Of a DNA stretch of 17,018 nucleotides, positions 15,215-17,018 are shown one piece after another (position 1 is the stretch's first letter; each line of letters opens with the position of its first letter). Origin of the DNA: a virus. Its lineage: Duplodnaviria; Heunggongvirae; Uroviricota; Caudoviricetes. The stretch lies in IMG/VR virus record IMGVR_UViG_2606217117_000010; one strand, given 5' to 3'. Under the pieces are notes generated by a model. It made no database searches. It had not been told where the DNA came from and saw only the letters and a program-made list of their open reading frames with translations. The translations under genes were made by a program, and so were the position numbers.

Positions 15215-16149
15215 ATGGCTGGAAATACCCTGACCGGGTTGATCCCGACTATTTATACCGCCCTGGATGTTGTATCCCGTGAGCAGGTAGGTTTTATCCC
15301 TGCGGTAGCAAAAAACGCAAAAGCTGACGCCGCAGCAAAAGATCAGACGGTAACCGCGCCAGTTGCGCCTGAGGCGAAAACCGAAGATATCGTACCGGGG
15401 CCGTCAGCTCCGAATACCGGTGATCAAAATATTGGCACTGTTGATGTAAAAATTACTAAATCCAAAATGGCACCGGTTAAATGGAATGGTGAAGAACAAC
15501 TGGCTCTTGGCCCTTCAGGGACTTACAACACCATTCTGGCTGATCAGTTCAAGCAGGCTTTTCGCGCCCTTGCAAACGAGGTTGAGGCTGATCTTGGTGC
15601 GTTGTATTTCGGTGCTTCCCGCGCCGTGGGAACCGCAGGGACAACGCCGTTTGGTGTTAAAGATGATCTTTCTGATGCTGCTCTGGCTCGTCAGGTTCTG
15701 GAGGATAACGGCGCACCGACAACCGATCTGCAGATGGTGCTTGGCTCCACTGCCATTGCTAATTTGCGCGGAAAACAGTCTGTATTGTTTAAAGTGAATG
15801 AATCCGGCACTGAACAGCTACTGCGTGAGGGCGTGTTGGGGCGTCTGGAGGGATTCAATATTCACAGTTCGGCAGGTGTGAAACGAGCGCCAAAGGTTGC
15901 TGCAACTGGTTATCTCGTGAATGGAGAGAAAAAAGAAGGCGATGTTCTTATTTCCATTGATACTGGTTCGGGGAGTATTTCTGCAGGTCAGATTGTTACG
16001 TTCGCTGGTGATCCGAATCAGTATGTTGTGGCAGCAGCGACCAGCAATCTGATTACTCTTGCAGCGCCCGGACTGCGTCAGGATCTGGCCGATGATACTG
16101 CCATCACAGTTGTTGGGGCCTTTACTGCAAATATGGCGTTTGATCGCAA
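15215..16149 (+). pseudogene. major capsid (coat) protein gene, 3' end interrupted by IS insertion
   Basis: ORF with AAGGA RBS and ATG 15215, directly after the scaffold gene. The reading frame runs into the IS terminus at 16150 and ends 13 codons later inside IS sequence (...MAFDRN|EPPRVSWRVFYL*). Capsid identity is by position and size only. Confidence 0.6.
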
Positions 16150-17018
16150 TGAACCGCCCCGGGTTTCCTGGAGAGTATTTTATCTGTGAACTCAGGCTGC
16201 CAGATCATCGTTTCCGATGGAAGCATAATAAGCTTTTTCTGCTTCTGCCGGAGGAGTATGGCCCAGCCTTTCCAGCAATCGTCGATTGTTATACCAGTCC
16301 ACCCACGTGAGTGTGGCCAGTTCCACTTCTGCACGGTTTTTCCAGCTCTTACGGTGTATTACCTCCGCTTTGTAAAGACCATTGATGCTCTCCGCCATCG
16401 CGTTGTCATACGAGTCGCCTGTACTTCCTGTTGATGCCAGTAATCCGGCTTCCTTAAGCCGCTGTGTGTAGGCCAGCGATACATACTGAGAACCTTTATC
16501 ACTGTGATGGACCGTGCCGGACGGTCGACGGGCCCATAACGCCTGCTCCAGTGCATCCAGCACGAATGTCGTCTCCATGGACGATGAGACCCGCCACCCC
16601 ACAATGTATCCGGCAAACACATCAATGATGAACGCCACATAGACGAAGCCCTGCCATGTGCTGACGTAAGTAAAATCAGCCACCCACAGCTGGTCAGGTC
16701 GTTCTGCCACGAACTGACGGTTTACGCGGTCGCCTGCGGCAACGGCTTTCCGGCTGATGGTCGTACGGACCTTTTTACCCCGGAGAACACCGGCAAGTCC
16801 CATAACCGCCATGAGACGTGCCACAGTGCATCTGGCCACTCTGATACCTTCCCGTAACAACTGACGCCAGACTTTACGCACACCGTATACCTTGTGATTT
16901 TCATCGTATACGCGCTGTATCTCTTTCTTCAGCCAGTCATCGCGCTGCGCACGGGCACTGCGTTTATCCGGATGATGTCGCTGTTGCTGACAGTGGTAAT
17001 ACGTTGACGGGGCAATAT
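16150..17018 (-). mobile_element. IS3-family insertion sequence (IS629/IS1203-like), partial: inverted repeat at the orfB end plus most of orfB; element continues past the window end
   Basis: Terminus TGAACCGCCCCGGGTTTCCTGGAGAG at 16150 is an inverted-repeat partner of the terminus at 281-311. A DDE transposase gene follows on the minus strand. Confidence 0.85.
16192..17018 (-). CDS. IS3-family transposase OrfB (DDE integrase-like catalytic domain), 5'-partial in window
   Basis: Translation ...RKVWRQLLREGIRVARCTVARLMAVMGLAGVLRGKK...WVADFTYVSTWQGFVYVAFIIDVFAGYIVGW...HHSDKGSQYVS...DSYDNAMAESINGLYKAEV... contains a DDE motif (D...D...E). The frame stays open to the window edge, consistent with an OrfAB frameshift fusion. 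Confidence 0.85.
   Translation of the reverse strand, partial: IAPSTYYHCQQQRHHPDKRSARAQRDDWLKKEIQRVYDENHKVYGVRKVWRQLLREGIRVARCTVARLMAVMGLAGVLRGKKVRTTISRKAVAAGDRVNRQFVAERPDQLWVADFTYVSTWQGFVYVAFIIDVFAGYIVGWRVSSSMETTFVLDALEQALWARRPSGTVHHSDKGSQYVSLAYTQRLKEAGLLASTGSTGDSYDNAMAESINGLYKAEVIHRKSWKNRAEVELATLTWVDWYNNRRLLERLGHTPPAEAEKAYYASIGNDDLAA

Noticed and set aside
13964-15797. ORFs 13964-14221, 13975-14256, 14253-14510, 14398-14688, 14743-14973, 14805-15167, 14830-15087, 15486-15797
   Set aside because: These are shadow ORFs overlapping the head morphogenesis, scaffold and capsid genes. 14253-14510 also runs through the intrinsic terminator.
16059-16640. ORFs 16059-16310, 16122-16334, 16186-16434, 16359-16640
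   Set aside because: They cross the IS boundary or lie antisense or alternative-frame within the transposase orfB. They are artefacts.
1-17018. Possibility that the two IS fragments are one element split across the ends of a circular molecule
   Set aside because: The left fragment covers roughly IS positions 1-311 and the right fragment roughly 442-1310 of a 1310-bp element (length as I recall it for IS629), leaving about 130 bp unaccounted for. Two separate copies is the simpler reading, but it cannot be proven from the window.

Overview
This window is a lambdoid prophage segment (a DLP12-like / Rac-like mosaic of the Escherichia/Shigella type), bounded at both ends by partial copies of the same IS3-family insertion sequence (IS629/IS1203-like) in the same orientation. 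All calls come from reading the translations and sequence by eye and from recalled protein families; no database search or folding program was run. On the + strand the order is: IS end (1-311), ninB 3' remnant, phage Dam-type N6-adenine methyltransferase, ninE, a nin-region ORF, a ninF-like ORF, rusA, ylcG, Q antiterminator, a convergent terminator pair, an OmpC-family porin moron on the minus strand (nmpC/lc-like), an AT-rich region with a candidate late promoter and terminator, a phage-21-type lysis cassette (pinholin, SAR endolysin, Rz with embedded Rz1), a trkG K+ transporter moron, an uncharacterised accessory cassette (ParB/Srx-like protein, GT-A-fold glycosyltransferase-like protein, small ORF), terminase small and large subunits, portal, Mu-F-like head morphogenesis protein, scaffold, and a major capsid gene whose 3' end is cut by the second IS copy (16150-17018). 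No rRNA, tRNA or CRISPR array was recognisable. The prophage is probably defective, since ninB and the capsid gene are both interrupted. The best candidate for an undescribed system is the translationally coupled ParB-like / GT-A-like gene pair between the lysis and packaging modules; I could not assign it to any known function.
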